DNA of 64,000 nucleotides from assembly GCF_009914755.1 (NCBI RefSeq), contig NC_060929.1; one strand, given 5' to 3'. Shown piece after piece: positions 1 to 15,489 of the stretch. Both the position numbers and the translations under genes were made by a program. Under the pieces are notes generated by a model, which saw only the letters and a program-made list of their open reading frames with translations, searched no databases and was not told the DNA's origin. The stretch's first letter is position 1. The number at the start of each line of letters is the position of its first letter. Origin of the DNA: the human T2T-CHM13v2.0 reference genome, Homo sapiens.

Positions 1-39
1 AATTTCACTGGACATCCTGATGCTTGTTTGTTTCTAAAC

Positions 40-385
40 TGACAACTCTGTCTTAGGAGAAATCCTTGAGTGAGAGAAAATAGGGAAAGAGCTGGCTAGG
101 CTTGGAGAGCCCTCAGGCCATGATGCAGGTCTAATCCCAGTGAGGAGACAGGGAGAGAAGGTAGGGTGGAAACAAGATAAAGCTTTTGTTAGAAAAGCCA
201 TCAAGGAGTCCACAAGCCAAAGTGGCAATCAAAGGAGCTCTGTGTGGCCCAGGATTGGGTGTGCCTTAGTATCCTTGATGCACTCAGTTGGCCAGAAGCA
301 GCCAGGCAGGCCCTTCCACACAGTGATAGATTTAGAGCACAGCAGCTGGGGCCCTTAGTCAATTATACTCCCTGTAGTTGAAGAT
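40..385 (-). mobile_element. Old ERVL LTR fragment (LTR16-like)
   Basis: Resembles the remembered LTR16 consensus (gcaggtctaatcccagtgaggagacagggagagaagg...). Boundaries approximate. Confidence 0.45.
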
Positions 386-1771
386 TTGCAAAGCACATTC
401 TAGTGACCACCACACATTCCCATTTTGTAGGTGGTGGAACTGAGTCACAGAGAAATAAAGTAACTTATCAAAAGTCAGGGCTAGTCAATAGCAGAACCAG
501 GATTTGGTGCTTTGGTTCCAGAAGCCTTGCTTCTGACCACTATGCTAAGCTGTGTCCTGTCTAAACCCACATCTTCTGCACCTCCAGAAACTGAAGTTCA
601 CAGAAGTGTCCTTAACAAAGTGCTACACTTGGTATACAGTGTGTAAGAAAAGGAAGTCTGCAACGTGTTTACAGATGACCAAAATTAGATCAATTTCCAA
701 GTCTAGTAACTACAAAGCACTCTGAAAAAAATTACATATCCAGACTGACTTCTATTTATTTGTTTATTTAAAGAGACAGGGTCTTTCTCTGTCACCCAGA
801 CAGGAATGCAGTGGCTCAATCCTAACTCACTGCACCCTCGAACTTCTCAGCTCAAGCAAAATCCTCCCACCTCAGCTTCTCAAGATAAATCCTCCCACCT
901 CAGCCTTTCAAGCAGCGGGGACTACAGGTGCATGCCACCAGGCCTGGCTAATTTTTTATTTTTTTCAATTTTTTGTAGAGATGGGAGTTTCTCCATGTTG
1001 TCCAAGCTGGTCTTGAACTCTTGGCCTCAAGTGATCCTCCCACTCCAGCCTCCTAAAGTACTGGGATTACAGCCATGAGCCACCACACCTAGCCCAGACT
1101 GACTTCTGAGCTCAGAATGTGGGATAATTGAGATTATTATTGTTTCTTTTTAATAGCACAACATCAGTAAACTCTACTATTTCATCAGGTCCCTCCAATC
1201 TTATAATACCTGAAATGTATTTTCACCATCTGGAACCAAGGGAGGCCAAAATCAAAATGAGAAACCAGGTAAATAATACTGGGGGTCATTTCTTATTAGG
1301 CTGGGAATCATGTCCTAATACCATTAATTTGCTTCCTAAAGATAAACATTCACAGAAAAAGTTTCCTTTTCAGAGAAGGGAATAGAAAATTGAAATTCCT
1401 AGGAACAAAAGCTCTGCACAAGGCTGCCCAGGACCTTTCAATAGGCCTTAGAGGCTGGACCAGGTCCTTCTACCACTTGCCTCTGGCCCCAGCTCTTGAG
1501 GACAGCATAGGCACTGTTAGCCCCAGCAGCACAGTGACCTTCATCTAATTCTCTCTCAAGCCAGGACCTGCCCAGCTAGCACCCATTGCCCTGGAACCAA
1601 AGATATCAGGGACCATTTCAAATCAGTTATCATTTGAATCTCGCACAAAGCAGTTTTAGGGGTCCAAACTTTCAATTGCTTAATAATCTCCTGAGAGTAC
1701 ATGTATTAAAGTGCTTAAGATTCCAAAGGTCAGTAAAAACTCCAAGGATTTTTTTTTTTTTTTTAGACTGA

Positions 1772-1927
<156 letters not shown>

Positions 1928-2331
1928 TAGAGACGGGGTTTCTCCATGTTGGTCAGGCTGGTCTCAAACTCCCGACCTCAGGTGATCCGCCCGCCTCGGC
2001 CTCCCAAAGTGCTGGGATCACAGGCATGAGCCACCATGCCTGGCCCCAAGGATTTTTTTTTAATGACAACTTTACTCTTGTGCCAGTGAGCATTGTTTCG
2101 AAGTTAGTGCAATTAAATAAAATCTCCCGTGCTTTTGGAAGCCATTCTGTGGAGAAAATCTAAGCCCTGACTTCCATCCATTCATTCAAATGCTGTACCC
2201 AAGAACACCTATGTTTACTTGCAGCCTCCGTAGATCCTGATTCACATATGGCAGTTTTTCCATCCTCTCTCTGTGCATCAGACTTGCGTAAGTAAAATAC
2301 ATTTCATGTGTCTTTCTCCCTCTACATGTGA

Positions 2332-2724
<393 letters not shown>

Positions 2725-2806
2725 TAACAGTCCCAAATCTTCTAAATCTCAGACTGGCCTAATTTTGCAGTGGATAGAAAGGCTGCTACCACCACCGATA
2801 ACAACA

Positions 2807-2830
2807 ACACACACACACACACACACACAC
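2807..2830 (+). repeat. (CA)n microsatellite
   Basis: About 12 AC units read directly. Confidence 0.95.
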
Positions 2831-4541
2831 CACAAACATAGAATGTTCTGGGCTCATGGGACTGCAGCTACAGCCAGCTGTCACATACCAGATCTTAGGT
2901 TTTATGGTGAAGTGCATCAAGTGGGGAATTCAAGCTGGGTGCGGATTGAGGTGGTTTTTCCCTCAGATTGGGTGTGTGAGACTCTGGAGGTGTCTGCTCA
3001 CGCTTAATCGAGCGAAGCTTTTCAGTACACAAATCTGAAAAGAATTTCTCCGAGACCCCTATAAGCCATGGAAAATTACCCATCATGTCTAAAGTGGTCC
3101 CTGGCTTGTTCTGTTTATTTGCTCTGTCTTGGGTAAGCCTGTTATCAAGCACCACTGAAAATATGCCAAAGCATTCTTGCTGTACTTGACTCTCAAAACA
3201 TTAATTTCTCACTTGAGCCTATGAAGTTTGACTTGGCAGGACTGGATATTGTGATTCTCAATGTTAAAACTCTAAAAGCAACTCATGTCTCAGCACTGGG
3301 ATGTGCTACACTCCCTGTGGTCATTCAGAAATGTCAACTGAAAACAGCGATAGTGACCAAAAAGAGCATATAGTGAGGCAGGAAACAAAGTATCTTCCCC
3401 AGATCCCCCTCATCCACCAGCTGCAGGGCAGAGAGGCACATCAACATCAGCGCCTGGAGAAACCAAAGTATCATTCTGGCTAAATACTAAGCTAAGTTAT
3501 GTCAGATTCTGAAGAAAATAAGAGTAGGTACATAATGTGATTTGTAAGGTGTCATAGTTTAATTAATGACATTAACATTGTGTACAAATTAGATTTTATC
3601 TTCTGCCAGGGCTTCAGAAAGAACAGCAGACAAGCCGGTAACAAGAAAGAATCTTTTCCTGCCATAGAAATGTCCATTTCTGGCATTTTTTTTACTCAGT
3701 CCCAGGGGAACTGCTTTTAAAGATGCATATATAGAGAAGTGGCAGTTTTTTTTCTGTTTCCAATTTACCTCATGTAGTAGGAATAGAAAGTTTAGTTCTG
3801 TCCTACAAAGGCAGTAAGAGAATAGTTAGCAATAAACAGTTATTGTTGGACCAGGTGCGGTGGCTCACGCCTGTAATCCCAGCACTTTGGGGGGCCAAGG
3901 CAGGCAGATCACCTGAGGTCAGGAGTCCAGACCAGCTTGGCCAACATGGTGAAACCCGGCCTCTACTAAAAATTTAAAAAAAAAAAAAAATTAGCCAGGT
4001 GTGGTGGTGCATGCCTGTAACCCCAGCTACTCAGGAGGTTGAGGCAGGAGAATTATTTGAAATCAGTAGGCAGAGGTTGCAGTGAGCCAAGATTGCGCCA
4101 TTGCACACCAGCCTAGGCAACAGAGGGAGACTCTCTCAAAAAAACAAAACAAAACAAAACCCAGTTATTGTTTATTTAACAGTTTTATCTATAATAGGGT
4201 CAGCTGGTAGGGACACTTGACATATCAAAAGGACTAAGTACCCAATATACATGTATTGGCAATTAAGGAAAGTTACAAATCACCAAGTACCTAGAATTAT
4301 TCCATTTTAAATATTTTTTTTTCTTTAAAATAATAGTAAAGACAAGGTCTCACTATGTTTCCCAGGCTGTTCTTGAACTCCTGAGCTCAAGTGATCCTCC
4401 CATCTCAACCTCCCAAAGTTCTAGGATTACAGGTATGAGCCATCATGCTGGGCCTCCATTTTTTTTAATTACATAAATAATTAATTTCCTCATAAGACAG
4501 AATTTCAACTCTCTTCCAAAATCTACAAAAGTGTGTGGCAG

Positions 4542-4877
4542 TGAGACAGCCAAGTAAAAAGGGCCCCCTGGCAGAAACTTCAACCAGCCTGCACACTGGG
4601 AGGATGGGGTGGAGCCTCAGGAAGTTCATGTCATTTGCAGGTGGGAGGAGCCTGGCCTCTCCTGTTCCAGGGTGGAACCCGGGATTCAGTCCGTGAGGCA
4701 GGAAGCCAACTAGCAGGACTTCTGCTTTGCTGAGAGTCCCTGTTTCCTGTTTTTTCCCTTTTTTGCCTAATAAATTCAATTTTTCTCAAACCTTCGAAGT
4801 GTCTGCAAGCCTAATCTCTCATGGTTGTGTGACAAGAACCCCGTTGTTAGCTGAACTAAGGAGAAAGTCCTACAACA
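4542..4877 (+). mobile_element. MER61-family ERV1 solo LTR
   Basis: TG...CA termini (tgagacagcc...tcctacaaca), perfect 4-bp TSD gcag, internal aataaa. Confidence 0.85.
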
Positions 4878-4992
4878 GCAGGGATCCTGCACACACCCAC
4901 ATCCCCTGTTTCACTCCAAGCCAGCCCCACTGGCTTCCTCCTCTTTTTCCTCTTCCTGGGAAGAATATCAAATATGCCAACCTCCTTCCTGC

Positions 4993-5568
4993 TGTAGAAG
5001 AGGAAAGGCTTTTCCTCTACCCCCTTAGGTTCTGAGTCTGGAGATGATAGCTTGAACGGACAAAAAACAGACTAACAGGAGGAAAACTATACACATTTTA
5101 TTTGATATTAATTAGTATTTTTATATAACATGAGAGGCTTCATAGAAAAAAATGAAAATCCAAAGGACCGTTAGACCTAGGGGCTCATATACCATTTTAA
5201 CAAAGGGCAATAAATTGTAAAGATGTGGCAAGACAAAGGAAAAAAAGGCTTGGGCTAGGGGTAGTGAATTGTGGAAAAGTGACTATAAAATATATAAAGA
5301 AACTAATGGAAGATATAAGTTATTTTAGTAAGATTTGTTTTTATAGATTCATCTCAGTATCAACTCTCCATCTCCAATGATAAGAATGTTCTACTCTTCT
5401 TCCTGGTACGGGGAGGGTACTTATGGGAAATTTATGCTCTGCTTTTAGGTAGAAAAGGGGAGGGCAGAGAGCCCTTCCTGCATATGCTGTTTCTCAACTG
5501 CCTTCATCTGAAAATAATGAATATGCCAAAGCAGCATATTTTGAGATGGTACATTCTAATCCTTTACA
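4993..5568 (-). mobile_element. MER34-family solo LTR
   Basis: TG...CA termini, perfect 4-bp TSD ctgc, MER34-type start (caaaatatgctgctttggcata...gaaggcagttgagaaacagca). Confidence 0.8.
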
Positions 5569-7156
5569 CTGCCCTGACTGACCCTTGCCTGGACACTCAG
5601 CTGCTTGCATCACTCCTTCCATTCTCATCTCAGCTGAAATGTCATCTTGTCATCTCCTCAACAAGGGCTTTGCTGACCTCCTTAAGTTAGGATATTCCCC
5701 CACACCTCCCTGACCCCATTATTCTATATTCTAAAAGTCTTTTCTCTTTTTAATGGCATTTTGTTTCAAATATCTCAATTTGTGGTCAATATATTTGCTG
5801 ATTTACTTCTTTATTGACTTTCCCCTTCTCTAGACTGAGGGCAAAAACTGATATCTGCTTATTCTCCAAATTTTTCTTTTGCCTACCTATATTTTCTAGG
5901 TTTTTTTCAAATGCCCTGTTTCATAACAAGAAAATAAGATAAGATGGTTGTTAATGTTAACAACATGCTGAGGCTGGGCACCGTGGCTCACGCCTATAAT
6001 CCTAGCCCTTTGGGTGGCCAAGGCTTGAGGCTCACTTGAGCCCAGGAGTTTAAGATCAGCCCGGGCAACATAGTGAGATCTCATCTCTACAAAAAATAAA
6101 AACACATTAGCTGGGTGTGTTGGCACAGGCCTGTAGTTGTCTCAGCTACTCTGGAGGCTGAGACAGGAGAATCACTTGAGCCTGAGAGGTCAAGGCTGGA
6201 GTGAGCCATGATCACACAACTGCGCTCCAGCCTGGGTTTCAGGTTCAGCCAGATCCAGGTTCTCATTATGACCCTTCCAGCTCCCAACTGTGTGCATGTG
6301 GGCAAACAGTCTAAACTCTCCAAGCCTTAGTGTTCTTATATATAAATTATTTTTTAAATATCAATTTTCAACTATTGCTCTATATTTAACATTTTGTTAC
6401 TGGTAATATTCTTGCTTGCTATTTTTAGAAGTTAACTCTTCAAAAAATCATGAAAATTGAAAACTCATCTATACTTTGAACCAAATAAAACTGCCAATAT
6501 TTGATTATTTTTAAACTTTTTTTAAAATGACAATTTGATATGGTACAACATAATTTATGGTTTTTTTGACTTGGGGGTTCAGTGGGAAGCATAAAAATTT
6601 GGACTCTGCAAATAGTTTGATGGATAGCTGAACCTCCATTGTCCAAGTCAATGGAAGTTCCCCAAATAGCCCAACTCAATGGAAACCTCTGCTTTTTGCT
6701 TCCTACTAGTTCAAGGTCCAGGGGCACTGAGGAGAAAACATTATTTTAATGTCCCATGGCTCCAACTAGATTGATAAGTTCCCAACTTCATGACTGTCTG
6801 TGCTTCATGAGAATTTCTATAAGAAGAGAAAAAAAAAGTATGACTCACTTAAAATTGAAGAAAAAGAATTTTCCCATAAAGCCATGGTTCACAAATCTGT
6901 TTATCTTAGCTCATAGATCACCACCTCCCCACTGTCTGCTCACATTGCCACAGCCACCCACAGTTATCACCCCTTTTAAAAAGATAGAATTTCCTTGTTC
7001 CTTTATTGCTAAGATGGTAAGTAAAGCATAGTTTAGACAATGAGTATATATGGGAAAGCACCAGTTAAAGAAATATAGGAACATTCCAGTGTTTTTCCTT
7101 CCAAATAAGGAAGCTCATATTTATATGAGCTAAGTTAAGTGAGGTAATAAAAATTT

Positions 7157-8955
<1,799 letters not shown>

Positions 8956-9450
8956 AAATAATAATAATAACAAAATTCTTTAAGATAAAATAGAAATTGG
9001 CTTCTGTGACATAAAAATAATAGGAGAAAAACTTATAAAAAAATCACAATTGGCTGCCTTCCCCTTATGTCTGAGAGTGAAAAAAATACCAAGGTGGGTG
9101 TATCAAACTTCCTGCTTTGTTGCCAGTTGCACTTACATAGATATTTTGAGCCTAGCATGATGCATTCAAATATATCAACATTTTAATATACTAATAATAT
9201 TATTACTATTCCTAAACCAATGAGTAAGAAGATAAAAAGGGGAAATGCCCCGCATTTGTAACTGAATAGATATGAAATAAATTAAAGAATATAAGCTTAG
9301 TTAATTCTAAACACCTCTAAACTGGCATGGTTTTCTATGGTCATCCTAGCTAGATCTAGATTTTTATTTTCATTTTATTTATTTTTATTTATGTTGATTG
9401 ATTGATTGAGACAGGGTCTCTATCTGTCGCTTAGGGTGGAGTACGGTTGA

Positions 9451-9705
<255 letters not shown>

Positions 9706-12522
9706 TAGATTTTTTTATCCCAATCTCTCCCTGGTCTTCACAGACACACATGTTAAACCAACATACCTGTTATGACTAGATTTGGCTGCAAGTGATTTTT
9801 TAAAAAATGAACAAAATGGAAGTTTAAGAGCCTACAGGTAGGCAATTCGGAGCTGGTCTGGCGATGCCTAGAAGTCCTCAGGAACCCTGTCTACTTTTTC
9901 ACCTGGCCATACCTCCAGTCAGAAGGCAGAAGAGGCTGACTTTATTCCAAGCAGCTTTGTGCCCACCCTAGAACAGAGGGGATGGATATGGGGTAGGAAA
10001 TAGCTGTCTCTACCATCACCAAATTCTACCAAACATATAAAAAGAAGCCAATACCTCCACAAATTCATCCATTTATTTGCTTCTTCACAAATGTTAACTA
10101 ATTTCACACTATATGCCAGGCATCTTGCTCAATGAACACAGGAAAGCAAGAGAGCGTGAACAAACTAGACAAGGTCCTGCCCTCACAGAGCGTCCACTGA
10201 GTGAGTGAAACAGACATGAAAAAATCAGGGTGCGCTGCATCTGTTAGGGACAAAAAGAGGGAGAAGTTAATTTGACTTTGGGGTGAGGATGGTCATAAAA
10301 AGCTTTCTGTAACCTTCCTTACTGTTATTAAGCGATACAGACAAGAGAAAAGAAATACATGTTATAACAAACCAGAAATAACCCTGAAGTGAATTTTCTG
10401 TAGTGACTATTTAACAATAAGCCACAGTGCAGCTTGCGCTATGCTGCTTAATATGGTAAACAAAGTTCAGCCAAGGATCCTTTGCTGGAGGGAATAGCTT
10501 GTCCAGTTAGAAAGCTCCTTTTGTTTCTGAAAGCTACTAAAAAACTCAAGCCCTTCAAGTCATTTTAGCAACTCTGAGGGAACAATTATGCTTTTGTGCA
10601 CAGACTTTAAAGAAAGCGTTTCACAGAGAAAAATCTTGTTGGTGGACAGAGAGGATGGCACATTGCCCAGGTTTTTTTTAATAAAGATGCAGGACTGAGC
10701 AGATGTGATAACTCTAGCCATTTAGTCACAGAGGCACATAGGTTATAAAATGTCAACAGTAGGGCAGGCTTCTTGTGTAGATTAGAAGTTCTGGGAGGCC
10801 ACAGTGGAGAGAGCCCTGGGAAGGCTAAACTAGCCACAGCTGGGGTGGTTCTGTGCTTCCGGTGAGCAAGAATAAAATGAAATCCCTTGAGGAGGAAAGA
10901 AGGCAATGTGTTCGCCAGAAAAGTCATAGTTAAATGTAGAGGTCAAAAAATAAAAGGAAGGGAATGAGGCCAGGGGTGCTAAGCTTACCTGCATTCACAA
11001 AAAATACTACATGATTTGTGATTTACCTGGCAGCTGGGGTGGATGGCAGAGAAAGTCAAGGGCAGGCAAATCCCTTCTCTTGGTCTGCTCCTTGCACAGG
11101 GCAAACATGAGAATAAAAACTCATTGAGTTATTGCTGCAGGTTCTATGGTCTAGAAGCTATAGAAAATTGTCTGATGCTTTTTATTTATCTTTTTTGTTT
11201 TCTTTGAGACGGAGTCTCACTCTGTCTCCCAGGCTGGAGTGCAGTGTGTGATCTCAGCTCACTGCCATATCCCAGGTTCAAGCGATTCTTGGGCCTCAGA
11301 CAGATGTGCACCACCACACCCGGCTAATTTTTGTTTTAGCATTTTTAGTAGAGACGGGGTTTCACTATGTTGGCCAGCTGGTCTAGAACTCCTGACCTCA
11401 GGTGATCCACCCACCTCGGCCTCTCAAAGTGCTGGGATTATAGGCGTGAGCCACTGTGCCCGGCCTCTTTTTTTTTTTTTTTTTTTTTTTTCATTTCAGG
11501 TGGTTAAAATCACTTGATCTCTCTCTTTGGGGCACCTGAAATCTGGATTTAAAGCACCGGGGAAACATTACAATGATTTTGCATAATTTTTTAGGTTGGA
11601 ACAAATTGTTTCTTCAAGGAAGGAAAAAAAATTTTCAATGAATCGTTAATTCTTTTTTTCTCCTTTTATTTTCTTTGTTGACATTTGGCCAAAGATGAAC
11701 TTTTTTCCTTTTTTATTTTTATCTATTTATTCACTTATTTTCAGAGATAGCATCTCACTCTGTCACCCAGGCTGGAGTGCAATGGTACAATCATAGCTCA
11801 CTGCAACCTTGAATTCCTGAGCTCAAGGATCCTCCCGCCTCAGCCTCTCAAGTAGCTGGGACTACAGGCACGCACCACCACGTCTGGCTAATTTGTTTAC
11901 TTTTTGTAGATTCAGGGTCTTGCTATGTTGCCCAAGCTAGTCGCCAACTCCTGACCTCAAGCGATCCTCCCACATCAGCCTCCCAAAGTGTTGGGATTAC
12001 AAGCATAAGCCACTGTGCCCAGCTGTTATTTTTTCTTTTTTAAATTAAAGCTTTTAATACTGAGGGATGTAGTATAAAACTAGCATCTGATTCTCTAAGC
12101 TTCTCCAGCACAAAATAGGAGCAAGTTGATGTTCCTTTATACTATCCCCAGAAAAGATAAGTCAATGTGTCCTCTAGGCCCCAAGAAAGGGCACAGGGCA
12201 CAGAACATGTAAATCTTCTCTCCCCTACCCTGTTTGAGATTGTGAGCACAGCTCACCTTCCTAGCTCAAAGCTGAATGTTTTCATGTTAGAAGCATGTTC
12301 AGTGACCCACTAAATAGGATCAAATATCTCATTTCATTCAGGAGATTTTCACAGGTGAAAGTCAAAGAATTTAAATATTCAGTGAACAATTTGAGTTCAC
12401 CAGCTCAAAACAGACAGAAGCTAAAACTCAACTAGAAGATGTTTCCTTCTTCTACACTTCTGTACAGGGGTTCAACTCACTGCAATCCAAGACCAATCCA
12501 TTCTAGCCAAGGTTCTTGGGTC

Positions 12523-13100
<578 letters not shown>

Positions 13101-13435
13101 AAAGTTTCTTGAAGAGACTCCGCTGTCATTAGAGGCAGCTCTAGAGATCCTACCATACCTCCAGTGACCCAGCCTATAGACTCAAGACACAGCCCCGTCT
13201 CCTTTCTCTGCTCATTCTTGCTCAATCCCTGGACCTGCCAAACGGGGCCCTAGCCCCCAGACTATGTGGTTTCCCCTAGACCCTGTTTACTGAAGAAATA
13301 CTCTTTGAATCAGGGTGACCCATCAGTCCAGACCTCTGAGCCTCGCTTAATTAAATGAGTGCCCCAAGGATGGTCCAGGCCTAGACCAGCTCCACACAGA
13401 AAGCAGGGAGCTCTAAGCGCTTCCATCAATAACAC

Positions 13436-13682
13436 TGAGAGGTGAAGCCAGCTGTACTTCCTGGGTGGAGTGGGGACTTAGAGAACTTTTCTCTCTAGCT
13501 AGAGGATTGTAAATTCACCAATCAGTGTTCTGTGTCTAGCTAAAGGATTGTAAATGGACTAATCAGCACTCTAAAATGGACCAATCAGCACTCTGTAAAA
13601 TGGACCAATCAGCAGGATGTGGGCAGGGCCAAATGAGGGAATAAAACCTGGCCACCCAAGCCAGCAGCAGCAACACACTCAG
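13436..13682 (+). mobile_element. LTR12F-like (ERV9) LTR, U3/promoter part only
   Basis: Starts tgagaggtgaagccagctg. Repeated ccaatcagca units, GC-box-like gtgggcagggcc, TATA-like aataaaa at 13640. Confidence 0.88.
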
Positions 13683-13992
13683 ATGTGGTGTTCCCAGTGT
13701 TTCCTGGCTAAAAGTTGGGAATCAAATGCAGGTCTCTTGACAGGCCTGGTGCCATAGATTAAGAATCTGCTGAGCCAGAGCATAGCAAATGGAGAAGAGG
13801 CCATGCTGAGCTAGAAGAGGCTTGAAATGTAACTTAGCCTGGAGAGAGAAATGTATAAAGTTGGGAAAGATGGTCTGAGCTGTCACCCATCTAGGGCTAA
13901 TTGGAGTGCACAGCCTCCAACTAAAGAAACTTAAATTTGATTTTTTTGAAAGTTGTCTCCTGGCCTGGTGCAGTGGCTAACGCCTATAATCC

Positions 13993-14722
13993 TGAAATGG
14001 GAGAGTTCCCTGACCCCCCTCAGAGACGTGTGACCGAATGTGGCTCATCTGTTCGGCCACTGTGCACTCAAACCCCTTAGAGGAGGGGGAGCACGCAGGA
14101 GCTGGGGCAAGCGCTTCTGGGCTCTGACCCCACAGTAGCATCTAGGGGTGGGTGCCTGTAACTTCTGAAGCCCCAGTGGGCATATTACAGTACTTTTTTA
14201 GCTCTGCCGTCACAGATGGCTTAAGTGTTAACTAGCTCAGTGCCCTCTCCGGGTCCTTGTCCGGCATCCAGGAAGAATCAGGTCACACGGACAAATTGAA
14301 GGATGGTAAATGAGGGGGATTTTATTGCCAGATGGAGGTGGCTCTCAGCGGGATGGATGGGGACCTGGCGAGGGGATGGAGTGGGAAGATGATCTTCCCC
14401 TGGAGTTAGGCAGACCCACAGCCAATCTCCTCTCCTATCATCCCCAGGCAAACTCCTCTCAACATTCAGATGCTCCTTCCCTTCTCTCCTTCTCTGCTGC
14501 ACTGCTCTTATGCTCCTCTGCTCTTCTGCTCGTGGAGCCTGAGGTTTGGGATTTATATGGGTACAGGATGGGGGGCATGGTGGGCCAAAAAGCAACATTT
14601 GGGCACAAAAACAGGAATGCTTCTTCCCATTTAGGGCCGTGGGTTTCCAAGCTTCAGGGTGGGGACTTTGCCAGGGAACCACCCTCTTCTACGCAGTATC
14701 TCCCTGCCTCCTCTCTGTATCA
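13993..14722 (-). mobile_element. MER50-family solo LTR inserted inside an AluJ (13962-13992 and 14723-15010)
   Basis: TG...CA termini. The Alu is broken at ...cctataatcc and resumes ctcccagcac. TSD atcc/ctcc. Confidence 0.82.
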
Positions 14723-14787
14723 CTCCCAGCACATTGGGAGGCTGAGGCGGGTGGATTGCTTGAGCTCAGGATTTTGAGAGCAGCCTA

Positions 14788-15036
<249 letters not shown>

Positions 15037-15489
15037 TTAGACCAATTTTGGCCATAGGGCACCAGTCTTTGATTTAGATTTGGTCCAATTCATTATTGGA
15101 AGAGCTGGGGCACAAAGAGATCAAATTACTTCTCTAAGATCATTTGGCCCCTTAGAAACAGAGCTGTGCCTGGAATGCAGGTACTCTACCTCCGGGACCT
15201 GTGCCCACTCCGCCTATTCCACTCTTCCAGCTTAAGTCCAGGCATCTCTCCTTTCTGCCCCAGAGCAAGCATGGGGCAGTCAAGTACTATTTTGATTCTG
15301 ACTCAAAATTCTGCACTTAAGGAAAGATCAGTTCTTCTTTCTCTACCTCTTCTCTTCCCAAACAATTCAGTCCTGAAGCCATTAGATGGGTGAGAAGAGT
15401 GCCTCCACGTAGAGGAGCTGTACATGGGTGTCAGAGCCTCAACTAGGTGATGAGGGCACTCATGTAAGGACAAGTCCAGCACCATCAGA

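Noticed and set aside
4542-4877. p53 element expected in some MER61 subfamilies
   Set aside because: I could not find paired RRRCWWGYYY decamers in this copy.
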